Assembly: GCF_004010195.1 (NCBI RefSeq) | Contig: NC_057719.1 | Coordinates: forward strand, 64,045,196-64,109,195 | DNA length: 64,000 nt | DNA from: Chiloscyllium plagiosum | Lineage: Eukaryota | Direction of reading: 5' to 3' | Shown here: one piece after another, positions 1 to 11,869 of the stretch | How the letters are laid out: every line of letters starts with the position of its first letter | Numbering within the stretch: position 1 is the first letter of the stretch | Notes under the pieces: generated by a model | The model's database searches: none | Told to the model about the DNA's origin: nothing | What the model saw: only the letters and a program-made list of their open reading frames with translations | Translations under genes and position numbers: made by a program

Positions 1-2376
1 GGAAGGAGCTGTTTTTGTGAGGTGTGTTCAGGAGGGTTTCCTAAGTCAGTACGTTGACAGGCCGACGAAGGGAGAGGCCAATTTGGATTTGGTGCTCAGC
101 AATGAGTCGGGGCAGGTGTCAGATCTTGTGGTGGGAGAGCATTTTGGTGATAGTGACCAGAACTGCCTCACATTCTACAAAGCTATGGAGAAGGAGAGAA
201 GCAGACACAATGGGAGGATATTTAATTGGGGAAAAGAAAACTATGATGCTATCAGACGTGAGTTGGGAAGCATGGACTGGGAGCAATTGTTCCATGGAAA
301 GGGCACTATAGACATGTGGAGACTGTTTAAGGAACAGTTATTGCGAGTGATGCATAAATGTGTTCCTCTGAGACAGGCAAGAAGGGGTAAGATAAAGGAA
401 CCTTGGATGACGAGAGCGGAGGACCTTCTAGTCAAAAGAAAGAAGGCAGCTTACGTAAGGTGGAGGAAGCAAGGGTCTTGCTCAGCTCTAGAGGATTACA
501 GGCAAGCGAGGAAGAAGTTCAAAAATGGTCTGAGGAGAGCTAGGAGGGGGCACAAGAAAGGCTTGGCAGAAAGGATTAGGGAGAATGCAAAGGCATTTTA
601 CACGTATGTGAAGAATAAGAGAATGATCAAAGAAAGAGTATGGTCGATCAGGGATAGCATAGGGAACTTGTGTATAGAGTCTGAGGAGGTAGGGGAAACC
701 CTAAATGAGTTTTTTGCTTCTGTCTTTACTAAAGAAAAGGACCTTGTAGTGAATGAAACCATTGAGGAACAGATAAGCATGCTGGAACGGATAGAGATTG
801 AGGATGCTGATGAACTGAAAATTTTGACAAACATTAAGATTGACAAGTCGCCAGGGTCAGACCAGATTTGTCCTTGGCTGCTTTGGGAAGCGAGAAATGT
901 GATTGCTTCACTGCTTGCGAAGATCTTTGCATCCACCGGAGTCGTACCGGAGGACTGGAGGGAGGCAAATGTAATTCCTCTCTTCAAGAAAGGAAATAGG
1001 GAAATCCCTGGCAATTACAGACCAGTCAGTCTCACGTCTATCGTCTGCAAGGTGTTAGAAAGGATTCTGAAGGATAGGATTTATGACCATCTGGAAGAGC
1101 ATAGCTTGATTAAATGCAGTCAGCACGGCTTTGTGAGGGGCAGGTCATGCCTCACAAATCTTATTGAGTTCTTTGAGGATGTTACTAGACAAGCAGATGA
1201 GGGTCGAGCGGTGGATGTGGTGTATATGGACTTCAGCAAGGCATTTGATAAGGTTCCCTATGGTAGGCTCGTTCTGAAGGTCAGGAGGAATGGGATACAG
1301 GGAAATTTAGCTGTCTGGATACAGAATTGGGGCTGGTCGACAGAAGACAGCGAGTGGTAGTGGAAGGAAAGTATTCTGCCTGGAAGTCAGTGGTGAGTGG
1401 TGTTCCACAGAGCTGTGTTCTTGGGCCTCTACTCTTTGTAATTTTTATTAATGACTTGGCTGTGGAGATTGAAGAATGGGTCAGCAAGTTTGCAGACGAC
1501 ACAAAGGTTGGAGGTGTCGTTGACAGTATAGAGGACTGTTGTAGGCTGCAGCGTGACATTGACAGGATGCAGAAATGGGCTGAGAGGTGGCAGATGGGGT
1601 ACAACCTGGATAAATGCTAAGTGATGTATTTTGGAAGGTCGAACTTGAAAGTTGAGTACAGGATTAAAGACAGGATTCTTGTCAGTGTGGAGGAACAATG
1701 GGATCTTGGTATACAGGTACATAGATCTCTTAAAATTGCCACCCAAGTGGACAGGGTTGTTAAGAAAGCATATGGTGTTTTGACTTTCAATAACAGGGGG
1801 ATTGAGTTTAAGAGCCGTGAGATCTTGTTGCAGCTCTATAAAACTTTGGTTAGACCGCACTTGGAATACTGTGTCCAGTTCTGGTCGCCCTATTATAGGA
1901 AAGATGTGGATGCTTTGGAGAGGGTTCAGAGGAGGTTTACCAGGATGCTGCCGGGAATGGAGGATTTATCTTACGACTGAGCTCGGACTTTTTTTCATTG
2001 GAAAAAAGAAAGAAGAGAGGGGACCTAATTGAGGTGTACAAGATAATGAGAGGCATAGATAGAGTTGATAGAGACTTTTTCCCAGGGCAGAAATTGTTAA
2101 CATGAGGGGTCATAGTTTTAAGCTGTTTGGCGGAAAGTATAGAGGGGAATGTCAGAGGCGGGTTCTTTACGCAGAGAGTTAAGAGAGCATGGAATGCGGT
2201 GCCAGCAGCAGTTATGGAAGCGAGATCATTGGGGATATTTAAGAGACTGCTGGACATGCACATGGTCACAGATGTTTGAGGGTTCGTACATTAGATTTAC
2301 CTTACATGAGGATCAATGGTCGGTACAACATCGTGGACTGAAGGGCCTGTTCTGTGCTGTACTGTTCTATGTTCTA
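1..2376 (+). mobile_element. CR1-clade LINE, ORF2 (end of endonuclease + RT) and 3' tail; disrupted, runs off the window start
   Basis: ORFs 17..1360, 1327..1620 and 1621..1980 contain NYRPVSLTS, QHGF, DFSKAFD, GVPQ..LGP, FADD and RPHLEYCVQFWSP. Frameshift near 1328, stop at 1618-1620, tail ends ...gttctatgttcta. Confidence 0.95.
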
Positions 2377-3544
2377 AGAGTATTGCGATATCATTTCCAA
2401 GATTTTATGTTATCTTAAATCAGAAGAATGATTGCCTACTAACTCATCACTGTCACATGCAAGTCAAACAGATAAAAACTCACCATCAATTGATCTTTTT
2501 ATACAAAAGCTGTCTCTCGTCACTGAAGGTGAGAATGGAAAACGCACATCATTAACAGTGTCCTTCATATACATCAGAAATCAAAAGTATGAATATGATG
2601 CTATTTTCAGAAGAGTACACTTTGCAATTTTTTTTTGCTTTTATATCAATTATCTATCATATTTACTAATTCAATTCTTCCCTCACTCTTGTAATTGCTT
2701 ATTGTAATGCAGCTTAATTTCCCCAAACTCGAACTTTTAGGAAGGTGTAATAAAAATTGTTTATGAACTCTGTGAAATATTTGCAAGTTAATTTACTTCA
2801 ATTTTAGCTGATGATATTTGTCTCTCATCCACCATCCATTGGAGATGCACTGAGAAACTTCACTGACATCCTTAAGAGAAGTAGCTGATCTTTATTTAGC
2901 ACATCGCATTGAAGAAGGTTGAGGGTTGGGCATTGAATAGTGGCAGTTAGCAGTGTCTGAACTGATGGGCAAAAGGCTTGTACTTACACTCTCCCAAGAA
3001 AATGTTCCTGCAATGTACTGAACCAGTATAAATTTTGATGCTGGGTCCTAAAATGAGGTACTTCAAATTCAGCTCAAATCTTTGTAAAATTTTGACTCAA
3101 CAATTTTACTTGCACTTTGGTGCTGAAATGTTGAGTCAGTTTTGCACTTGGGGTTTCATACTTCCCACACGTTGAAGTTCTGGTGCTTCTTTCAATCCAT
3201 TTTAAGGCCACCTGCATCCTGATGCTTCTCACTATGTGAAATGAAGAATTAACTTGTTGGATAGTACCCTCTGGTGGGTACATTAAAGGTATCTCAAGGA
3301 AATGTTTGGAGCTGACTGTACTTACAACTATGTCTATTTTTCACTTCAGGTAACTTTGTGTCTTCTGCCTCAAAAGTATATGAAATGTTACTTTGTTAGC
3401 TACTAAATATTGGATTCAGATTCCACAAATATGTTTTAGTTTAATTTTTTATGACTAATGGACAGAGAGGTTACATAATTAGACCAGATTTGAAACTAGC
3501 TTCAGTCTCCAAAGTAAGTATTTTCCCCACTCTATCATTAAGTC

Positions 3545-3580
3545 CCTGATTTATAGTTCCCTGATTTATAGTTTCCTGAT
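3545..3580. repeat. short tandem repeat, ~2.5 x 15 bp (ccctgatttatagtt)
   Basis: read directly from the sequence. Confidence 0.8.
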
Positions 3581-3789
3581 AAAGTTTGCTCAATCAAAAT
3601 ATTTTGAGAGAATGGAGCTGAATCATGTTGAAACTTTGTTCTGTTCTTTGGAAGATCCAAATGCAATTTCAAATGAAACAACAATTTATACTCCAGGAGA
3701 AAAGGGGGCTGATTGATTAGCAGGTTAATTCTGCTTGACTGAGGCATTGTCATCGAGGAGGCAACAAGGAACCCATTGCAAATAAGTAT

Positions 3790-3910
3790 CGTTGGATGTT
3801 GAACCTTAGCTCTCTTTTTCTCTCTGAAGACCCTGCTAGAGCTGTTGAGCTTTTTCAGCAATTTCTGTTTTTGTTGCTGCCAGACTGAATTTCTCCAGCA
3901 CTTGCTTTCA
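3790..3910. mobile_element. degraded Penelope-like terminal fragment
   Basis: ctgctagagctgttgagctttttcagcaatttctgttt resembles the arms of the elements at 11629 and 19300. Confidence 0.5.
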
Positions 3911-4362
3911 GTTAAGAAATATGCTCCCAACTTCACTGGTAACTTAGCGAACATTCCTTTTGTTGACAGAGAATAGAACCTGCATGTGATTGAGGCTCCA
4001 ATCAAGTGTAAATGAGCAATAGTGCAAGCTCCATTGATTATCTAATTTGGGGTAGATATTAACACACTGCTGGCTATTCAACAAGTACTGTGCAGTTATA
4101 TTATATCTGATGCCTTGCTTTGGATTTTGCAAGAATGGCTAGTACTCCATCTATTGCAAACAACTAAAAGAGCATGCTCTTTGATTCAATCAGCCAGTTA
4201 CTGGGTGATATGATCTATGTATTTGACATCACACCAGTATTGAAATTCATAGATGAAATCATTCAATTGTGCAGCAAGGAGGCAATCTTTTGCATTGACA
4301 CCAATTTGGTGAAAAATATCACTCCTATAGTTGCTATATGGTAAAGTCACCATGATTGTACC

Positions 4363-4546
4363 AGACCATAAGTCTGCTCTCATTAGAGAGAGACAACTGA
4401 TGGTGGTTTAACCTGAGGGTCACCACAGCTCAGACAAGAGAAGTTGAGTCCTTATTGATAACCTCAGCTGGTGCAATAAGGACTCAACCACATTATTGGT
4501 ATTACTCTGTATTGCAAACTAGCCTCCCAGCCAGCTGAGCTAAACC
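4363..4546 (-). mobile_element. ~185-bp tRNA-derived SINE-like repeat (copy 1)
   Basis: Reverse-complement similarity to 4858-5045 and same-strand similarity to 45355-45530. Confidence 0.6.
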
Positions 4547-4857
4547 TATTTGAATCTTGAGTTATGCTTTGATTTTCAGTTCATTGGTTTCAATCAGGCA
4601 GAAGGCATTAAAATCCTCCTCAAGTGACTGTTAGCAAGGACAGCAATGTGACTGGAATTATTTGATAGCTACCTTAATATGAATTGGGATATGTATTAAC
4701 AGCAAATCTGGAAATGACAAATGAAAGCTGAATAATAATAGATTTTATGCAAAAGAGGTTAAGGGAGCAAGGGGATTTGGTTTAGTGGGGAAGGGCAAGG
4801 AAGAAAGCAGCTGGTGTAGTTGAAAAATCCTAATATAAATACGTGTATTGTCCAAAA

Positions 4858-5045
4858 GGTTAGCACAGTTTGGCTAGTTTGCAATGCAGTGTTAATGCCA
4901 ACAGCATAGGTTTAACTCCTGGACCTGCTGAGGTTATCATGAAGGTCCCAACTTCTCAACCTCTCCCCTCACCTGAGGCCATGTGCCCCCCAGGTTAATC
5001 CTCCACTCGTCATGTCTCTTTAATGAAAGAGCAGCCCTATGGTCT
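4858..5045 (+). mobile_element. ~185-bp tRNA-derived SINE-like repeat (copy 2)
   Basis: ggttagcacagtttggc head and B-box-like ggtttaactcc; ends gagcagccctatggtct, the mirror of copy 1. Confidence 0.6.
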
Positions 5046-5374
5046 TTATTATTTGTTCAAAACAGTCAATTATATAAGTGCAAAGAGGAAAATGTATTCC
5101 AATTAAAATTGCTATAATATCCACAATGCAAATACCTCAACAGTTGGGGTTAAAGAAGGTTTGAACTGCCTAAAGAAGTTCACACCTGCCATTGAAATAT
5201 AATTTTTTTTCAAAGTGTTAGTTTCTAAATTAAGTATTTTCTGTTTCTCTTTTAAGCAAAACGTGTCAATAAAATGTGACTTTGCCATTGAAGTCTAAAG
5301 TGTACATGTTGGGAAAACTTGCAACATTGACATTATCTGAACAAGTTACAGAAGCAACATTAATCAAAGGTAGT

Positions 5375-5610
5375 CTTTTAGCTGAAATTAAGTGGGAGTC
5401 CATTTGGTCATCAAACCCTTCCAGTGCCTCAAATATGTGAGTATAGTCTTGGTACAAGTAAAAAATGTCTTTGCTTTGTTTGCTGTTTAGAGTAAAACTC
5501 CAATGTTTGTTTGGTTCTTCATTTGCTACTGTATATTACTGAACTGCTTTAGTGACTATGTATGTATATAAATATATTTTTATGAATAAAATATATTTTT
5601 GAAACAAAAT
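5375..5610 (+). mobile_element. possible 3' UTR fragment of an L1/Tx1-like LINE
   Basis: Ends tatgtatataaatatatttttatgaataaaatatatttttgaaa (AATAAA + A-rich), resembling such tails from memory; not database-checked. Confidence 0.3.
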
Positions 5611-6134
5611 AAAGCAGCATAAACTTCATTGAGTATAATATTCAAATTTATGGCATCATTTCAATAAGCTAACTTAAATGTGTAACAAAAATGAATTATA
5701 CCTTTCTTGCCTGCACTGGTTAAATAAGGCATTGTTTAGTAAAGCGCCCTCTATGTTTAGTTTTCAGAAAACATCTGGCATTTTTTTTGTTCCATTCTAT
5801 TGCAATATGATGCAATTGATGCAAATAGCAATTATTTTCCATCCACATTTCTCTCTGTGAATGTAAAATAGGAATACATGGCTGATTTTAGATGAAATTA
5901 AAAGGCATTAATAAAAATAGATTAAAATAACCTCCTTACTTTCATTTTGCTAAGTGTGTATTTTAACCTCCTAACCATGTTAGAGAAAAAAAATTAGATT
6001 GGATAGAAATTTCTTGTTGCCAGTCAGTCACCCTGGATATTTTGAATTAGTAAGGGCAGGATCAACAGATTCCTTCCATTCCCAGCAACACCAACAACTC
6101 GTTTATACTAATTATTAAAGGTCATTAAGCTTTA

Positions 6135-6915
6135 CAGCATGCATACCCACCCTTCGGTCCAAACCATCCAGGCTGACCAGATATACTCAATAAATCTAGT
6201 CCTGTTTGCCAGGATTTGACCTAAACCCTTCCTATTCATATATCTATCCAAATGTCTTTTAAATGTTGTAATTGTACCAGTCTCCACCACTTCCTCTGGC
6301 AGCTCATTCCATGCAAGCACCACCCTCTGTGTGAAAAAGTTACCCCTTAGGTCCCATTTACATCTTTCCCCTCTCACCTTAAATCTATGCCCTCTAGCTT
6401 TGGACTTACCCACCTTAGCTTGGCTTCACCCTATCCACGCTCATGATTTTATTAACCTCACCCCTCAGCCTCTCATACCTCAGGGAAGGTAGCCCTAGCT
6501 TCTCAGTCTCTCCCTATAACAACACCCTTGTAAATCTTTTCAGAACCCTTTCAAGTTTCACAACATCCTTCCTACGGTGGGGACAGAAAAATTGAATGCA
6601 CTATTCCAAAAGCCTAACCAATGTCCTGTACAGCCACAACATAACCTCCCAACTCCTATACTCGATGCTCTTACCAATAAAGGCAAGCATATCTGAATGC
6701 AGCCTTCACCACCCTGTCTATTTGGGACTCCACTTTCAAGGAACTGTGAACCTGCACTCCAAGGTCCCTTTGTTCAGCAACACTGCCCAGGACCTTACCA
6801 TTAGGTGTATAAATCCTATCCTGATTTGCTTTTCCAAAATGCAGCACCTCACATTTATCTAAATTAAACTCCATCTGCCACTCCTCGGCCCATTGGCCCA
6901 TCTGGTCAAGAACAT
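6135..6915 (-). mobile_element. CR1 LINE 3' fragment
   Basis: ORFs 6671..6925 (WQMEFNLDKCEVLHFG...RDLGV) and 6132..6413 (RGHRFKVRG...FFTQRVV..WNELP). Confidence 0.92.
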
Positions 6916-8437
6916 CCCAAGGCACTTCACAGGAGTATTTTACACATAGTCACTTTCCATGATATTAAATCAAATGATCAAAATTTTATTAAAGAGGTGT
7001 CATGTAAGGCAGCTAGTACATGAAAGAGTTAACTTACATTATGACGCACTGCTGATCAGAATCTAAAAAACTCTGTTCTTAGGAGGAGCTAATTAATTGT
7101 GTTCTAAGTTACAAGCTTGTGTTGATGTGTATTTATAAGTTTGATCTGTGGTCTGACAAAGTATTCCCAAATAAGTGTAATTAGCTCTTAGGTATTATGC
7201 AATAAACCTATTCTGTTCATCAAGGCTAACCTCCCTTTTGCTGAAGACTTAATGTGAACATCCTTCCCATTTGTTATCAGTAACTTAAGCTAATGCGCAT
7301 AAGAAAAAAAAGAAACAGTGAATCTTAACTAAAGCATCTCAGAACATAGCAGTAAACACAATGAAAGCTGAGCCGGTAACTCAAAATATACCATGGTAAC
7401 AATAGATGGGCATCACTGTCTCATATAAAATGCTGTCAGTAATGGTCTCCTGAAGAAATCCTCAGCTCTATAAAAGCCACAGCCATCCAAGGAGAAGAAG
7501 AAAACAAAATAAATTCAAGCCATAAAATTTAGTGTAGTTTTAAATTCAGCAGCATAAAAGCCACACAGAGCCAGTCAGCACCTGTAAAATCAGCAGCCAG
7601 CAAAAGGCTTCAGGAACTATAGCAGTACCAAAAATGACTTTCTAACTGATTTGAGCTTCGACAATGTTTTTTCACTAAAACTATATCTAGGACAAGGCAG
7701 GTCATTATGGACACTAAATTAAGTCTGCTGGAGGAAGGGTGAAAATTCTTACATTTAATTAAATAATTGTGGCTGAGCAGCTTAAAAAGTAGGCTTTAAT
7801 CCCTATATTCAGTAAGTGAGTATCATTGTACCTGTTTGCAATTGTCAGGAAAGGATGCACAAATGTCTCTGGATGAAAGGTCACAGATTAAGAAAACTGC
7901 TGCAGCAGCAGTATAATTTGCATAAGAGTGCAAAAATTTCAAGACAGAACAAGAGTATATTACAAATCTTTGTTTTGAAATATAAGCACATTTTTGTTGT
8001 GTAACTGAAGATAGTCTTAAACACAATGCCCTTTTTCCAAGACGAACAAGCATAAATCTCAGAGAGAAAACAGAAAAGGTGGCAATCATCTACAGTATAT
8101 TGTTAAAAAGGCCACAAAATCCACTGACAATACAGGAAAATAGTCTTTTCTTCCATCTTGGGAAAGTAAATATGGAATATTTCTTCATTTTAAAGCATTT
8201 TATCAGTCTTCAAATGCTTGAATATTTTTCAACAGATATTGCAATATAATTCAGCAGTTATTCACTTTTAACAAACGTAAGAAACTATCTGGAAAGTAAA
8301 ATATTAAGATAGAATTGAAAAATCTTAATTAAAACAACAAAGTTTCTTACTGATAAAGCTTTATTGGCAATTCAGCTTCATTACCCAATAATTAAAGACG
8401 ATAATTACATTATTTAAAAAGCTTGCTGAAGGAGACT

Positions 8438-9207
8438 TGTGAGAAACAAAACTCACATATTAATAAATTTCAGTCCGAGTCAAATTCTGAAGCAGCGAAT
8501 TTTATTAATACGTACTTGCAAGAACGGGGGCGGGTGCCTAATGAATGTAACCCCCGATCTGAGGGTTACATTCTGATTTATGCTGTTCAGCTGCATCTCT
8601 CGGTCCTCCTCTTTCACCCCATTGGTTACTTTTACTGTAGCACGTAGCCTATCACAAACTCTAGCTTCACTCCACCTTTGTCTAGCTTCTCTCCGCCTCT
8701 GTTTACTTCTCCCATTACTCTGAGCCTGTCGCCCCTTACTCTTATTTATCTCATTCCTTATATGTGACTATCCTGGCATAGTTTGCTGTCTTTGAGCGAT
8801 CATCCTGCCAAACTAAATTCCATCCGTTGGCCACATCCCTCCTGAGACTGGCACACTATTCTCCTGTTACTGGTACATCCCGCTACACGGTCGCTCTGCC
8901 CTACTAGTCATAGATAATTCGACCTGTTTTTGCTTCTCCGATTCTCCTATGCCTGGTACATCCTGCTCCACGATTGCTCTGCCCTATTAGTCAGAGATAA
9001 TTCTACCTGTTTTTGCTTCTTTCTGTTTTCCTATGCTTGGTACATCCTGCTTCACGATGGCTCTGCCTTATTAGTCATAGATAATTCTATCTGTTTTCGC
9101 TTCTCACTGTTTAGTATTTGCATGCGCAGCCTAATTTTATAATGTAAGCTTTTGCAGAAACAATACCTGTTCCCTTATTCTGCACAATTTTAACCCTGTA
9201 CCTTACA
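8438..9207 (-). mobile_element. solo LTR (770 bp) of an LTR retroelement/ERV with 5-bp TSD AGACT
   Basis: TG...CA termini (TGTGAG...CTTACA) with AGACT at 8433-8437 and 9208-9212. On the minus strand: CCAAT (8621-8625), TATA-like CATAAA (8577-8582), AATAAA (8501-8506), and tandem repeats in the U3 position. Confidence 0.85.
8858..9109. repeat. 3 x ~83-84 bp direct tandem repeat inside the LTR
   Basis: tggtacatcc recurs at 8871, 8954 and 9038; the units share gctctgcc.ta.tagtca.agataattc. Confidence 0.95.
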
Positions 9208-9394
9208 AGACTTAACATTAAATTTAATTGAAATGATTGGACAATTTAAAACACAGATAACAAAACAAAACCAGCTATATATACAAAAATAACCAACATT
9301 CAGGTAAGTCATTTAACAAACGAGTTAAATACAGTGACATTGGAGAAAGAGATCACACCTCCAAGTATACTTGAAGAGAAATTTCATAGAATCA

Positions 9395-9537
9395 TAAAAT
9401 TGTGCAGCACAGAAACAAATCCGTCCATCCAATTCATCCATGCCAACCAGATATCTAAATTAATTTAGTCCCATTTGCCAGCATTTGGCTGATATCCCTC
9501 TAAATCCTCCTATCCATGTACCCATCCAGATGCCTTT
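9395..9537 (-). mobile_element. CR1 3' UTR fragment
   Basis: Similar to the tails at 6140-6260 and 57850-58000 (tagtcccatttgccagcatttggc...cccatccagatgcct). Confidence 0.75.
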
Positions 9538-10165
9538 ATTTCATGAGATACAGAATGGCCTCAGAATTACCAAACAAGCCCAGAGAAGAACAAGTAAACA
9601 CATCTCTTTAGTCTGTAGGCCAGTAGCTGATCACATTTTAAAATCACAGAATGTAAAATAAAAGACTGATGCCTTTAATATTGTAAGAGCATTTTACAGT
9701 GACTACTTTAAGTGCTAATTGTATTAATGGAAAAAACAAGATTTAATTGAAGAATGCAGCTTTCTGGAGAATCTGCAGACAACTTTATTAATGATCTTTA
9801 TACATTGTCAGATTTTGAGATTATGGAGAATTGAAAACACTGATTTGAGACAAAATTTTTGTTGGAACTTTACAAATTTCTTTCTGGTATGAGGCAATCA
9901 AAAAAGTCACTTAGGAAAGAACTATCCAGATAGCCATAGAAGTTGAAATCTGCAAATAGCACAAGAGAATGATGGGATTGGAAAGCTAATCTAGCTCTGG
10001 ATGATTATTACACTTTGTTAATTTACTAAGGTACAAGAACAGATGTACCACATGACAGATCAACACAAAACATGTTCAAATCATTTGATGCTGGGACTTA
10101 TTATTCCAGAGTTAGAAAAGACACACAAAGAAAAAAAATGTTCATTGTTAGATCTATCAAACTAA

Positions 10166-11400
10166 TGCAAATTCTATAAGAAAGTGGGACATTTCTCAAG
10201 ACTATAAAAATGTCAAAAATAACCTTTGAACCACAGAAATAATAATATTTACTTGCAGGTAGTTATGAACATCTGACAGCAAGCATTTTTGGAAGAAAAT
10301 CCAAACCACCAATATGTACTTCAATGGAACATATATCTTTTTATGATAATTTACCATCTTTAGAAGATGCTAATTGACCTTTCCTAGAGTTAATAGATGA
10401 CTTGTTGAACCAGATATGACACACATACAAACAATAATGATCATTCAACTAATTGTAAATTTGACTCTAGGTGAGTGTTGTAATATTATCTAAAATCACC
10501 CTTTCGTTGAATGAAATGAAACTACGTCCTTCTGACAAGGAACAGCATGATGCAGGCAGAACACTGTTCAAGATCAAATGAATATTGAGAGTAGTTTTAA
10601 AATTTAGAAATAGTGCCATGTGCAATAGACATAAAATCAAAACTTCTCATTTGAGCAGAAGAGCATGCTTCACTCATAAAATTCTATGCTATGTTGAACA
10701 AGCAGGTCACAAAGCCATATATTAGATCAACATAGTTTATTCGAAGGCTTCATAGGTCCAGGAGAACGTTCATTGAACCTATTGGGAAATATACAGCACT
10801 CAAGATTAATTACATTGATCTAAAACAACTCTCCATAACTGAAAGATCAGAAGGTACCACCAATTTCATAGGTTTGAGGAATTATTCAATTGTCTTCCAG
10901 AGACAAATCTTCAAACTCCGATCATCGGGCATCCTTGCCATCACAACCACCAGGAGTTAGGGAGTAGACTCTTGATAGAGTAAATTCTGCTCTTCAGAAA
11001 AAGTAGGACCAAACATTTCCTCAGAATTGTTTTTCCAGCTATTTCCATTTTTGTCTCTGATTTATAGCATCTGCATCTTTCAGTTTTTATCACTATCAAT
11101 TTTACTCCCAACAATGATTGAATTGGACAAAACAATTGCTATTTGGAAGAGTCTTGTGTGAGAATAGAAGGATCAATTCTGAGTCTACTTCATTACAATG
11201 TTGAAAGGAGAAAATTACTTTCAGAAACACAGTCTTTTGCTTGGTATGATTTTAGAAAATTAAATTTCCTCCAAGAGGCACCCATGTTCAATAGTAACAT
11301 TGACGTCAGAATACATTATCTGCAAAGAACATTTGAGAAATCCAATCTAGCAGGGTTTCAATGAAGCAATGAACTGCACCAAATTGTTTTGTCCCACAAG
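10166..11400 (+). mobile_element. highly degraded LTR-retroelement/ERV internal relic (gag zinc-knuckle and integrase remnants)
   Basis: CKFYKKVGHFSR at 10166 (decayed CX2CX4HX4C); PETNLQTPIIG/SLPSQPPG at 10897-10955; GVDS at 10961; LPTMIELD at 11105; VER at 11200. The order fits gag then IN. Confidence 0.45.
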
Positions 11401-11628
11401 TAGATCCCAACCCAAGTAGGTGCCAGCCATTTATAAAGTCAGAGACTTGTTGGGAGATGGAGGTAGTGGTAAACTTACCTGACTTATTTGAAACAACTAT
11501 ATTTTTAAAAAACAGGAAAAGTTGTTGGGGGAGAGTTGTTGTATCAGACAGTTAGTACCTAAAGGGATTGATATCAGGCGATAAGCTCCAACCATCAGAT
11601 AGAAAGGACAGTTCCTGCAAGAAGCTAA

Positions 11629-11869
11629 AAGAGAAAATGCTGGAAAATCTCAGCAGGTCTGGCAGCATCTGTAAGGAGAGAAAAGAGCTGATGTTTCGAG
11701 TCTATCTGACCCTTTGTCAAAGCTAAAAAAAAGGGGGTTTGACAAAGGGTCAGTTCGACTCGAAACGTCAGCTCTTTTCTCTCCTCACAGATGCTGCCAG
11801 GCCTGCTGAGATTTTCCAGCATTTTCTCTTTTGGTTTCAGATTCCAGCATCCGCAGTAATTTGCTTTTA
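11629..11869. mobile_element. palindromic Penelope-like insertion with 16-bp TSD
   Basis: ~95-bp inverted arms (11627-11722 / 11738-11832) plus a one-sided ~37-nt tail; TSD tcctg(c/g)aagaagctaa at 11613-11628 and 11870-11885; hammerhead-like cores in the arms. Confidence 0.8.

Noticed and set aside
17..1980. Active, autonomous reverse transcriptase gene
   Set aside because: Frameshift near 1328, in-frame stop at 1618, SDH changed to SDQ, and a deletion near 1980; a dead CR1 copy.
3242..3286. Peptide RINLLDSTLWWVH resembling the PALS1/MPP5 C-terminus (INKLDTEPQWVP); PALS1 is the expected neighbour by human synteny
   Set aside because: An in-frame stop lies immediately upstream, the upstream residues do not match, there is no acceptor, and the frame stops early; most likely chance.
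8858..9109. CRISPR-like regularly spaced repeats
   Set aside because: Whole units are repeated with no unique spacers; eukaryotic LTR context; no cas genes.
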